Source: Phycisphaeraceae bacterium
Lineage (GTDB): Bacteria; Planctomycetota; Phycisphaerae; Phycisphaerales; Phycisphaeraceae
Direction: 5' to 3'
Assembly: GCA_963674705.1 (NCBI GenBank)
Contig: OY771506.1
Span: 256,001-320,000 of the forward strand
DNA: 64,000 nt
Below are positions 29,701 to 39,001 of the stretch, piece by piece. The position numbers were made by a program, and so were the translations under genes. Below the pieces are notes generated by a model. It had not been told where the DNA came from and ran no database searches. It worked only from the letters and a program-made list of their open reading frames with translations. The first letter of the stretch is position 1; every line of letters begins with the position of its first letter.

Positions 29701-31881
29701 TTACTCTCCGTTACCCGTTTTCGAAACGGGCCCCTGTTCTGCGGGCCATCGGCCCTCGGTGACGTCCACCCAGTCGGGCAGACATGACATGATCTCCGGC
29801 ATCAATTCTGATAACAGCGATGAGACACGCTCCATCGCCTCGTCCTTATCCGGCACTTCTACCGTTACCTGAATCTTGCAGTAATAGCTGTACTTGTCTC
29901 GCAGGTCGAAACCGTTGGCCCGCACCGCGTTCGGCGAGGGCAGGAACTTGCCGTTGGCGACAAAGAAGTACGCCACGTTCAATCGCTGATTGTTGCGCGC
30001 GGGATTCGCGAACGTGAAGTACGTCGCGTGAACATCAACCTCCGGGATGCGCACCTCGTCACCAAACCCGGTGTCCTTCACCGCATGCAGATACGCACCT
30101 TCACGCTGCGGGTCAGGCTTGTAACCGTCGCCCTCCAGGTGAAGCACCGTACCGCCGCCGGCAACCTGGTCCATGCCGCCTGCCTTGAAGCACTGCTGCG
30201 GCACGTGCGGCACCGTGTCCACCGTACCCGTGTAATACGCGATGTGAACATCCGCGAACCGGCCCCGTGCGTTGCCCGCCCACAGCGTGTCCTCGTACGT
30301 ACGGTTCACGTACATCTTCGTACCGAGTTCGTCCTCGACGTCCTTGTTCAACGGCGGGTCCTGCTTGATGAACTTCCACCGACCGGTGGGGTGTTCCAAA
30401 CGATCCAGCGACTTACGCAGCGGCACTTCCGCCTTGAACATCACCACGTCGTTCGCTTCAAGGATTGCCACCTGACCCACCATCGCCGTCACCAGGAAGC
30501 CGCCTGACATCGCCAGCACAACACCCCGCTTACGGCCACGACTGACACTGCCATCACGCGGAACCAACCGGGGCCAGATCATCAGCGACAGCGACCAGAG
30601 CAGAAACAGCACAACCCCCGAGGCTACGATCGCCACGACTCGAACAGTCGTTTCTGAGCCACCGATACGGTCTACCAGCAGGTCGGGCCTGACCGCAACA
30701 ACCGTTTGAACATACAACAGGCACGCAAGGAAGGTCATTGCGGCGCCGAACAATGCGCCTTTCATAATCGTTGAGGTTTGTACTTCTGTCGGAGCGTTCT
30801 GGTTGAGGATCTGTTTCCCATCCGGACCACGCATGACCTGACGAGCTTCCTCGACATCATCACTGTCATCCATCACCTTGCGGATCAGCCAGCTAAGACC
30901 AAAACTATTAACCATCCTGGTGTGCTTCTTGTAGTCACTTTTTGCCTTGTCCAGATCGGCCTGCGACTCGTCATCAAGGATCACCATCTTGTCCAGCACC
31001 CAGCCCAGCAGCCAGAACAGACCCGCGGCCGGGATCAGCATCAGCATGCCAACGAAGATGTGGAAGTCGCCCTTGGCGTACTCCGGGGCATAAACGTGCA
31101 GGATGCCCAGCGTCGTGACACGCCCGACGTTCACCGACACCGCGATCGGCAGCGTCATCAATACCATGATCGCTCGCTGCCACCACAACCGCGGAAACAG
31201 GAACGCCATCGCAACACCCAGCGCCAGAAACGCCATCAGCATCCGCAATCCCGAACACGCTTCCGCGACGTTCATCGGCGGATCAATCTTCATCCCGTGG
31301 TGGAAGATATCGATCGTGTTGCCTCGGACCGTGGCTTCAAGATCGAGGAACATACCGATGACATTCAGCAGGAAAGTAGAGCTGACCGATGCGGTCGTCT
31401 GCAGCTTTAACGCCACCAGTTCCCAGAGCTTCTGCGAGACTTTCACGCCAAAGCCCAGGTAGAAAATCGGGAACCACAGGATCATCATCATCCGCGGCCC
31501 CAGGATGAACAGCACCAGCCCGAACAACGAGATGATCATGCTGTAACCCTGGAACATGTCGTTGCGCCCGGGATAAATCCAGAACGCGTAGCTGACCATG
31601 CCGAAGAGCATGATCGGCAGGCCCCACCAGCAGACCTGGGCATTGAGTTGCACCAACCTCGCCCGCTGCTGGAACAGGTAATAGATGCCGATCAGCGGGA
31701 CCAATAGCGCGTGAGACCAGTCCGGGTCGTCCAGCGAGATAAGCAGGGAGCGATACAGGAAGTTGCGGTGAAGCAACATGAATAGAACAGTGAGTACAGC
31801 GATCCAAGCCCAGCCGCGTTGGGTAATAAGCGGCCGCGCATCGCTGGCGGTTGTCAGGTTCGTCGCCGCGGTGCTCGTCAT
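29701..31881 (-). CDS. Exosortase fused to an EpsI-like domain
   Basis: WSHALLVP, VAEACSGLRML (catalytic Cys), NVGR (Arg), FH (His); C-terminal YYTG..HVPQQC and YFFVANG. Confidence 0.92.
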   Translation of the reverse strand: MTSTAATNLTTASDARPLITQRGWAWIAVLTVLFMLLHRNFLYRSLLISLDDPDWSHALLVPLIGIYYLFQQRARLVQLNAQVCWWGLPIMLFGMVSYAFWIYPGRNDMFQGYSMIISLFGLVLFILGPRMMMILWFPIFYLGFGVKVSQKLWELVALKLQTTASVSSTFLLNVIGMFLDLEATVRGNTIDIFHHGMKIDPPMNVAEACSGLRMLMAFLALGVAMAFLFPRLWWQRAIMVLMTLPIAVSVNVGRVTTLGILHVYAPEYAKGDFHIFVGMLMLIPAAGLFWLLGWVLDKMVILDDESQADLDKAKSDYKKHTRMVNSFGLSWLIRKVMDDSDDVEEARQVMRGPDGKQILNQNAPTEVQTSTIMKGALFGAAMTFLACLLYVQTVVAVRPDLLVDRIGGSETTVRVVAIVASGVVLFLLWSLSLMIWPRLVPRDGSVSRGRKRGVVLAMSGGFLVTAMVGQVAILEANDVVMFKAEVPLRKSLDRLEHPTGRWKFIKQDPPLNKDVEDELGTKMYVNRTYEDTLWAGNARGRFADVHIAYYTGTVDTVPHVPQQCFKAGGMDQVAGGGTVLHLEGDGYKPDPQREGAYLHAVKDTGFGDEVRIPEVDVHATYFTFANPARNNQRLNVAYFFVANGKFLPSPNAVRANGFDLRDKYSYYCKIQVTVEVPDKDEAMERVSSLLSELMPEIMSCLPDWVDVTEGRWPAEQGPVSKTGNGE

Positions 31882-32227
31882 GCGTTAAACACAAGCCTCA
31901 AAGTGCAATACGTTCCTCACCCACCACCTTCCCCTCGGGCGATTCGCCCATTGGGTCACGATGGTGTATTACGTCCGACAACGCCAGCCGGTTCTACAGA
32001 TATCCCACAACAAGCAGGACTGTTTCACCGGCCTCCCCACTTAGGTCCTGACATCCCACCCGTCCGAATCGGACGAGAGCAAGATCGGTCAAAAGACCGT
32101 CACATCCATGTGATTGTTAATCCCGGCGGGATTACCCCGATCTCGATAGAGACCGGCCCCTGATCGTCCCACCGATCCACCGGGCATTAACTGTTAAGTC
32201 GTTCCTAAACGACCATTATAAATAAAC

Positions 32228-33700
32228 TTAGAAGTCCAGAGTGCCTGTACCGAACACGTCCGTGTTGAAGTTACGGTCAAGCACGAAGCCGAACCCATAG
32301 GTCATACGCAGGCCGTTGCGGAAGATCGCCAAAGGCGTCGCCGGAAGGTTCGTGCCGATGTTGATCACATCGTTGGCCTTGAGGAACAAGTCCGGCTCGG
32401 TGCCGTTGAAGATCGCCCGCAGATCAATCCTAACGGTCGATTCTTGATCGTTGCCGATACGACGGATCAAGTCAACCCGCTCCGGCACACCAATCGCCGA
32501 CAGACCACCACCGGAAACGATCAGCTGCTTAAGCGTTAAGTCTTTTTCGCCAGGAATGTTATACGCACCAGGACGGTTGATCGCCCCACCCAGATACACG
32601 AAACCACCCTGCTGACCCGGGACCTTGATGATGTCGCCGGGGCGGATGACGATGTTGTAACGCATGTCGCCGGCGTTCAGCCGGTCATAAGGCACCTCGA
32701 TCACACGCTGGGTCACGTATTGCGAAAGTTCCTCCGCCTTCGAGATCGCCGCGTCTCCTTCAGCACTGCTGCCATCTTCTGCGCCGACGCGAACCCACTC
32801 GCCACCGACGTTCACCCATTGAGCCCGGGTCGCGCCTTGATCCAGGCTCGATTCCAGACCGGCCGGGGCGGGCTCGTTTTGCTTCTTATCAGGCGTGACC
32901 GCCGGCGTTGAACCGGCGCCACTGTCCATGTTCATCAACTCATCGATCAGCTGCGAAGGATCGGTCGGTGCGGGCGGTGCCGCTTCAACCGGTTCATCGC
33001 CCTCATCACCCACGCCCGCCGGAACCATGCCCGCCACGTCGGCGGTCAGCGGGGTTGTACGGATCACCAGCAGGCGCTGCGTACGGTCGGGTACGCCGTT
33101 CGCCATCGCCAGCGCATCCAACAGACGGAAGTCCGGTCGCGGAATGGTGAACAGACCCGAACGCGTGCCGCCTTGCAAAGGCGACGCCGTGACGGTGAAT
33201 GTGTTGAGTGTCGAACCTTGCAGGATCACGCTGACGGTTGCGTCGCGGATGATGTCGCGACGTTCAAGCAAGTCAGCGATGTGAGCTTCCAGTTGCGAAG
33301 CGGTTTTACCCGCGGCTTTGACCGCACCAACGAAAGGCAATCGCACCATGCCGGTGCCGTCGATCTGCCTTTGGTAAGCGGCTTCCTGGCCGGGATCAAC
33401 CAGCTCAAAGATGATCACCGCGATCGTGTCTTGCGGAGCAAGCGTGTACTCATTGAAGTCAGGCCGCAGGTCCGCGGGTGTGACTTCGCTGAGATCTACT
33501 TCTAATAGATCGCTGCTTTCGATCACGTCGATCCGGTCGAGGATCGGCATGGTGATCGGTGTGTGTTCCCAACGGCCGACGACTGATGGGTCCATCCAGG
33601 AGTCCGTCTCACAGCCGATGGGGCCGGCCGCTAATACCGCACCCAACAGCGTTGCCAAGCCGATCCGACTCTGCCAGTTCCGGTTTCTATTTTGCGTCAC
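32228..33700 (-). CDS. Wza-like polysaccharide export lipoprotein
   Basis: Probable GTG start after AGGAG; lipobox PIGC; YTLAPQD, IDGTGMVRLPFVG, SLBB-like domains. Confidence 0.85.
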   Translation of the reverse strand: MTQNRNRNWQSRIGLATLLGAVLAAGPIGCETDSWMDPSVVGRWEHTPITMPILDRIDVIESSDLLEVDLSEVTPADLRPDFNEYTLAPQDTIAVIIFELVDPGQEAAYQRQIDGTGMVRLPFVGAVKAAGKTASQLEAHIADLLERRDIIRDATVSVILQGSTLNTFTVTASPLQGGTRSGLFTIPRPDFRLLDALAMANGVPDRTQRLLVIRTTPLTADVAGMVPAGVGDEGDEPVEAAPPAPTDPSQLIDELMNMDSGAGSTPAVTPDKKQNEPAPAGLESSLDQGATRAQWVNVGGEWVRVGAEDGSSAEGDAAISKAEELSQYVTQRVIEVPYDRLNAGDMRYNIVIRPGDIIKVPGQQGGFVYLGGAINRPGAYNIPGEKDLTLKQLIVSGGGLSAIGVPERVDLIRRIGNDQESTVRIDLRAIFNGTEPDLFLKANDVINIGTNLPATPLAIFRNGLRMTYGFGFVLDRNFNTDVFGTGTLDF

Positions 33701-34091
33701 CGCTCGCTCCTGCCTCAAGGTCAAATAGGAGGTTGTGTTGTCCCGTCGTTGTCGGCCCACCACCTCGGGTTACATGGGCTGTGGTCCTACCCACAAGCCC
33801 CCTATCTTAAAGCAAATCCAAATCAAAAGCATCTTGCATCCACCGGGCTCCCGGCACCCGGCCCAGACCCGCCGATCCGCCCCGCCCGGACCCAATCCGT
33901 ACAGGGCATACGTTAGCCGGCAAGTCTTCTTCAAGCATCGGCCTATCGCAAGCCGGACCTGATTGACCCCGCACTCGTTTCCATAATTCAAACGATACAA
34001 CCCCTTTAATCCGCATGTTTGCCCTTGCCTCGCCATTAACTGACAATATCCTTGTCCGGTAATCAGTTAGGTCGATCAAAGTGAGACAAAT

Positions 34092-35102
34092 ATGTCCCAA
34101 CCTGCCAAAACCTGCATCATCGGCGACGGCGCTATGGCGACCGTCCTGGCCCTTCTATTAGAGAGTAAGGGCATGGATGTCACGCTCTGGGGCGTGTTCC
34201 CGGACCATCTGGCCGAACTCATCCAGACACGCGAGAACCGCCGGTACCTGCCCGGCTACCGCCTGCCGGACCGGATCCACGTCACGCCCAGCGAGCAACG
34301 GGCCCTTGGCGGGGCCGAATTGATCGTCAACGCCGTACCGACCCAGTTCATCCGCAGCGTCTGGCAGCGGATCGCCCCGCACGTCGCGGCCGGCACCCCG
34401 ATCGCCAGCATCGCCAAGGGCGTTGAGACTGATACGACGCTCAGGCCCACGCAGATCATCGCGGATGTCCTGGAATCTCCGGGCCCGCTCGCCGCCATCT
34501 CCGGCCCGAGCGTCGCCGATGAACTGGCACGCTGCCTGCCCGCGACCGTCTGTGCCGCCAGCGAGCACGCCGCGTTCGCCGAGAAGCTGCAGCAGACGTT
34601 CACCACGCACTGGTTCCGCGTCTATACGAATAACGACTTGCTTGGCACGGAGTTAGCCGGCGCGACCAAGAACGTCATCGCGCTGGCCGCCGGTATCCTC
34701 GACGGCCTGCAGGCCGGCAACAACGCCAAAAGCGCCTTGCTGTCGCGCGGCCTGGCGGAGATCACCCGGCTCGGTACCGCAATGGGCGCGAGCGCCGAAA
34801 CGTTCTTCGGCGTGGCCGGCGTCGGCGACCTGGCGACCACCTGCTTCAGCCCGACCGGCCGCAACCGAACCTGTGGCGAGCAGTTAGGTAGAGGCCGCAA
34901 ACTCGACACCGTCCTCAACGAGATGCCCGGCGTCGTGGAAGGCGTCCCGACCACCAAGGCCGTGGTCGAACTGGCGAAAAAATTCAACGTCGAGATGCCG
35001 ATCACCCAGACGGTGCACAAGGTCCTCTTCGAAGGACTCGACCCGCTGGAAGGTATCAGCCAACTGATGAACCGCGAACCGAAACCGGAAACGATCGGCT
35101 AA
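34092..35102 (+). CDS. gpsA: NAD(P)H-dependent glycerol-3-phosphate dehydrogenase
   Basis: GDGAMAT, AKG, SGPS, ELAGATKNVIA, GVGDLATTC, RNR, VEGVPT. Confidence 0.95.
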   Translation: MSQPAKTCIIGDGAMATVLALLLESKGMDVTLWGVFPDHLAELIQTRENRRYLPGYRLPDRIHVTPSEQRALGGAELIVNAVPTQFIRSVWQRIAPHVAAGTPIASIAKGVETDTTLRPTQIIADVLESPGPLAAISGPSVADELARCLPATVCAASEHAAFAEKLQQTFTTHWFRVYTNNDLLGTELAGATKNVIALAAGILDGLQAGNNAKSALLSRGLAEITRLGTAMGASAETFFGVAGVGDLATTCFSPTGRNRTCGEQLGRGRKLDTVLNEMPGVVEGVPTTKAVVELAKKFNVEMPITQTVHKVLFEGLDPLEGISQLMNREPKPETIG

Positions 35103-35322
35103 ACCAGATCGCGCCCGACCGCAAATTCCGCGCACACACCACCCCACTTATCCACCACTATATGCGCGCACGGTCCTGTCGTGATTGTGCGGCGTGCGCA
35201 TGTTTGAGACAACCATAAGATCGCACAATCACGATATAAACATGCGCACAAGGCACAAGCGCGTGAGAGCAGAACGCAAACTGCTGGAGACCTTCGGTCG
35301 GCTGAGCTGAATCAGCGGGATC

Positions 35323-35407
35323 GGGAGACCCGCGCCGAGCGCGGCAGGATTTTGTATAGCCGCGGCCAGTGGCCGCGCGGATTTGTGGTTGTTGATGCGA
35401 AGAGCGC
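35323..35407 (+). repeat. Left copy of diverged direct repeat (about 85 bp) bounding the RAYT island
   Basis: Aligns with 40517-40601 (GGGAGA..GCCGAGCGCGGC..TTTGTGGTTGTTGATG.GAAGAGCGC). Confidence 0.7.
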
Positions 35408-35431
35408 CAAAGAAACGGGTTCAGACCCCGT

Positions 35432-36136
35432 TTATGGGGAAGCCTTCGGTCGCCCCGGTCTGCGGACGGTGGATTCGAGGCCGAAGGTTTGGATGGTGCA
35501 GTTTCGCCATTGGTCATTGCCGAATGGTGAACAGCGGTTGGCGCTGGTGCGCAGCGCGTTCAGTTCGTCTTCGCTGAGCGGCGTGTTGACGGTCCGTAGC
35601 CAGTTGCGGGGTCGGCCGCGTTGGGGCGATGTCAAACCACGGATAGGCCAATCGCTGAGTAGTTGCTGTTGATCAGTATCGCCAGACTTCCAACGCCATA
35701 ATCCTGACCATCTCCACGCTGCCGCCGACTCCACCAATCCCGCACGCATCGCGTTGCGTTCGACGTATCGGCAGACGGTCAGCAGATGTTCGTTGCTCTG
35801 GATCAGAAAGGATTTGAATCGCCCCTGGTACAACGCCCCGTCTCCCACGCTCTTATGTGCAACCCGGTAACGCCCGGCGTGGGTCGTGGTCAACCACTGC
35901 ATGAACGGGCCAAGCGCGCCGTCGGCCTCTGTCTTGAGGACCAGGTGCCAGTGGTTACCCATCATGCAGTAGGTCAGCAGCCGGACATCGCCGCCGCTGC
36001 GTTCGACCGCTTCGGCCAGGACCTTTTCGAACGCTTCGAAGTCGCCATCCTTGCGGAACATCCGCCACCGACCGGCCGTACGGTTCAGGACGTGGTAAGC
36101 ATAGCCGCCGACATCAACGCGTGGAGATCTTGGCAT
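35432..36136 (-). mobile_element. REP-associated tyrosine transposase (RAYT, Y1/HUH family)
   Basis: MPRSPR..YHVLNR, YCMMGNHWHL (HUH), YQGRFKS, RYVERN (catalytic Tyr), WRWS, RRPGRP; REP palindrome on both sides. Confidence 0.92.
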
Positions 36137-36208
36137 GCGGGTAGTTTAGGTCCGATCGCCAAGCCCGCCCAAACGGGGTCTGACCCCGTTTCTTCTCCAA
36201 ATGCCTGA

Positions 36209-37213
36209 TTAATTATTATTGGGAGGGATAATTGATACAAAATATTCGCCATACATTGCTGAATATCCCTGGAGAACCTGACTTAAAACACCCTGTTTGG
36301 TTATATGATTACCATTCTTGTCTATCCACACCCAAGCCGTCCCCAAATCAACTAACGCACGATCATTGACGAATTTTGAGCCATGGTTGTATTTACATGA
36401 AATGTCAATTATACCTCGCTTATTGACATAACCAACTTTACCTTGCATGACTACAGCAGCAAGATCTTCTGAAAAGATATCCGCCTCTTCAAACTGCGGC
36501 TTGATGACTATGTTTGCATCCTTATCAATATAAGCCCACTTTCTTTCATCATTATCAACCAGAACTGGCGCGTACCCATCAGAAAATCCTTTTGCATCAT
36601 AATATTTTGGCTCGATCACGAGCTGAAAATGTTCATCTACGAAGCCCCATAAGTTAGAATCCTGCATTTTTACGGCTCGTAGTCCTTCACGCAAAACTCC
36701 ACTGTCTAGATACTTTACCACTAAATCACCATCGTGATTAAAAAACATCGCGCCTGATGGATTTTTAATACGTCCATAGCCACCATAATAATCATCAACG
36801 ATACCTTTATACATAGGTTTAACTATATACTGCCCATCACGGTCAATGTAAGCACACAATATACCGTCTTCAGATTTCACATATACCGCAGCTATACCTT
36901 CGTGAAATAAACGCACATCATAGAATGTGTTACTACCCACAAATTCACCGGATTCGTTAATTAAATGCCATTTATCTCCAAGCAAAACAAAACCGCGACC
37001 TTGGCTAAAATCAAGCACTTCATCGTACTTAGCAGGTACGACAACGTTTCCATTCTGATCCTTGAAGCCTCCACGTGTATCAGCTGTATAAAAGACCTTC
37101 CATTGATCTGACGGCCATGTTCTGGTATCAGAATACGAGATATCACCACCGTACGATAACTGGACACTAGCAATTAAACACACTGCTATTAATAAATAGT
37201 AAATTTTTATCAT
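36209..37213 (-). CDS. Secreted WG-repeat protein, AT-rich
   Basis: Signal peptide; repeats such as WGFVD..VIEPKY..AKGFSDG, FSEDLAAV..KVGYVN; much more AT-rich than flanks. Confidence 0.85.
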   Translation of the reverse strand: MIKIYYLLIAVCLIASVQLSYGGDISYSDTRTWPSDQWKVFYTADTRGGFKDQNGNVVVPAKYDEVLDFSQGRGFVLLGDKWHLINESGEFVGSNTFYDVRLFHEGIAAVYVKSEDGILCAYIDRDGQYIVKPMYKGIVDDYYGGYGRIKNPSGAMFFNHDGDLVVKYLDSGVLREGLRAVKMQDSNLWGFVDEHFQLVIEPKYYDAKGFSDGYAPVLVDNDERKWAYIDKDANIVIKPQFEEADIFSEDLAAVVMQGKVGYVNKRGIIDISCKYNHGSKFVNDRALVDLGTAWVWIDKNGNHITKQGVLSQVLQGYSAMYGEYFVSIIPPNNN

Positions 37214-37252
37214 AACTATACTATCGGTAATGTGAACACTATAAATTTATGA

Positions 37253-37507
37253 TTATTTCGCTTTACGATTGTAGACCTGAAAAGCTACTGAATCATTATC
37301 TGAATCACCCCATACCCTCGCAGTAACATAATAACAACACCCATCGCCAGGATATGTAAAGCGACCTGTACCTGATATGTACATTTTACCAGAACCTTTG
37401 TGCCATTCCGCATGTCCCGTATCCCAATGTTCAGAACATACGACGGAAGGATCATAAGATGTTTTAGTCATATTACTTATATCTAAACTAACCTGGGATA
37501 CACCTCC
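37253..37507 (-). pseudogene. 5'-truncated C-terminal gene fragment (possible polymorphic toxin tip)
   Basis: AT-rich frame stays open right up to the REP flank at 37508; no convincing RBS; directly precedes the WG-repeat gene. Confidence 0.5.
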
Positions 37508-37535
37508 GAGGAAGAAACGGGGTCTGACCCTGTTT

Positions 37536-37734
37536 TTCCGAGCACCAGCCGGTGATCCAGATATTCTAAAGGATTATCCTTGAAACGCGCGACGGCCCAT
37601 GCGATACTGGTCATCCGTGACCTCCTGTGATGTTGTTGTTAGAACACCACCATCATCGCAGGAGGTTCATTATTGCGCCAGTGCAACGTAACGCGCGCTA
37701 TCAAAATAACTTACGGCTTAAGTTTGCGGCGTTC
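37536..37734 (-). mobile_element. Left end of an IS (IS4-like) with the first ~25 transposase codons
   Basis: Minus strand: terminus GAACGCCGCAAACTTAAG, hairpin covering AGGAGG, then MTSIAWAVARFKDNPLEYLDHRLVL cut by a REP; family call from recalled resemblance. Confidence 0.5.
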
Positions 37735-37757
37735 GGGTCTGACCCCGTTTCTTCCTC

Positions 37758-37877
37758 GGCCGTACGGTTCAGGACGTGGTAAGCATAGCCGCCGACATCA
37801 ATGCGGGGAGGTCTTGGCATGCGGGTAGTTTAGAGCCGGTCGCCAAGCCCGTCAAAACGGGGTCTGACCCCGTTTCT
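37758..37877 (-). pseudogene. Truncated second RAYT copy (leader plus first 21 codons)
   Basis: Near-identical to 36074-36193; encodes MPRPPRIDVGGYAYHVLNRTA. Confidence 0.88.
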
Positions 37878-37928
37878 CGTTCGTCAAAACGGGGTCTGAC
37901 CCCGTTTCTCGTTTGACCCCGTTTCTCG

Positions 37929-38075
37929 TTGAAAGAACATACAAGTATTGCAGTAGAGGCATTGGTTAGTGGAGGTGCTAGTCGTCAAGAAGCACGAGAA
38001 CTTGTTACTGAATCATTAATTAATCTTCGAAAGCAAGGTGTTACACAACCAACGAGTATTCCTTGGAATCCGTAA
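37929..38075 (+). pseudogene. Orphan C-terminal fragment, probable polymorphic toxin tip
   Basis: 48-codon frame KEHTSIAVEALVSGGASRQEARELVTESLINLRKQGVTQPTSIPWNP* begins at the REP edge; AT-rich; below ORF-track cutoff. Confidence 0.55.
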
Positions 38076-38101
38076 GAAGATCTACTTAAAGGAAATGCGA
38101 G

Positions 38102-38458
38102 ATGTCGCAAAATGCTTTAGATAAATTTGGGCAAATACTAATGCTCAAGGTTAGAGATGAAACCATCACAGACTGGGGGATGATCGTCTCAGGTAAGATG
38201 CTTGGTGAACATGCAGAGCGTATGCGCAAAATCTTTCAGAAGTTAAGTTCAGAGGAACTGCAGATAATTGATAAACTTGTTCCTGAAGTCGTAGACACGG
38301 TACTACATCATCTATTATGGACAATTGAACAGCAAGACGATCTTATCTTAAGTATCCGTGACCATAAATCAGTAATTGATTTGAAAAGAGTTTCTGATGG
38401 CTTGCCAGGAGAGTTGTATACTAATGAGGGATGGATAGCGAGATTCAGCAAACAATAA
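38102..38458 (+). CDS. Small AT-rich protein, probable immunity protein
   Basis: RBS AAGGA; 118 aa ending SDGLPGELYTNEGWIARFSK; 26 bp after the putative toxin tip. Confidence 0.65.
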   Translation: MSQNALDKFGQILMLKVRDETITDWGMIVSGKMLGEHAERMRKIFQKLSSEELQIIDKLVPEVVDTVLHHLLWTIEQQDDLILSIRDHKSVIDLKRVSDGLPGELYTNEGWIARFSKQ

Positions 38459-38473
38459 TGGGAAGAGGCGGAT

Positions 38474-38748
38474 TCAATTCCGAAGCGCAACACCGGGTAA
38501 GGCGTTAAGGACCTCGATCGGGGTGCGGTAGTCGAGGCACTTTCTTGGACGATTGTTAAGCATCTGCTGGACGCGTGCAAGCCGGGCGTTGCTTACGTGG
38601 CGGAAGTCGCTGCCTTTGGGGAAGAACTCGCAGAGCAGGACGTTGGTGTTTTCGTTGGCGCCGCGCTGCCAGGTCGCGTGGGGATTGGCGAAGTAGACCT
38701 TCATCTGCAGTGTGCGCTCGATCGAGGCGAAGTCGGCGAACTCCTTGC
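38474..38748 (-). pseudogene. IS30-family transposase C-terminal fragment
   Basis: KEFA..VYFANPHATWQRGANENTN..FFPKG..LNNRPRKCLDYRTP..VALRN. Confidence 0.9.
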
Positions 38749-39001
38749 GAAAGTAGAATGTTCCCTTTTCCCTGTTTGCGTATGAGCGATAGGCGAGTTG
38801 TGGAAGGTGTGTGGTGTTTGTCCCGGGTTGTTCACTTAAAGCGCAGAACATGGCGTGACTGGTGGTCGCGGCTATACATGTTGCATACGAGCTGGATGCG
38901 CCCGCCTTACTTTTTTTAGTTTTTTTCGCGAACTTTGCCCACCCGGGCTCGTAGCATTGAAGATAGGGGGAGTTAAAAAAAGTAAATAAGGACATAAGCA
39001 T

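Noticed and set aside
37850..37930. CRISPR array
   Set aside because: Repeats are directly adjacent with no unique spacers; other copies are irregularly spaced from 0.1 to 2.5 kb; no cas genes
38474..39001. Intact 175-aa protein
   Set aside because: Chimeric frame: only the 3' half is IS30-like, the 5' half reads through intergenic repeats
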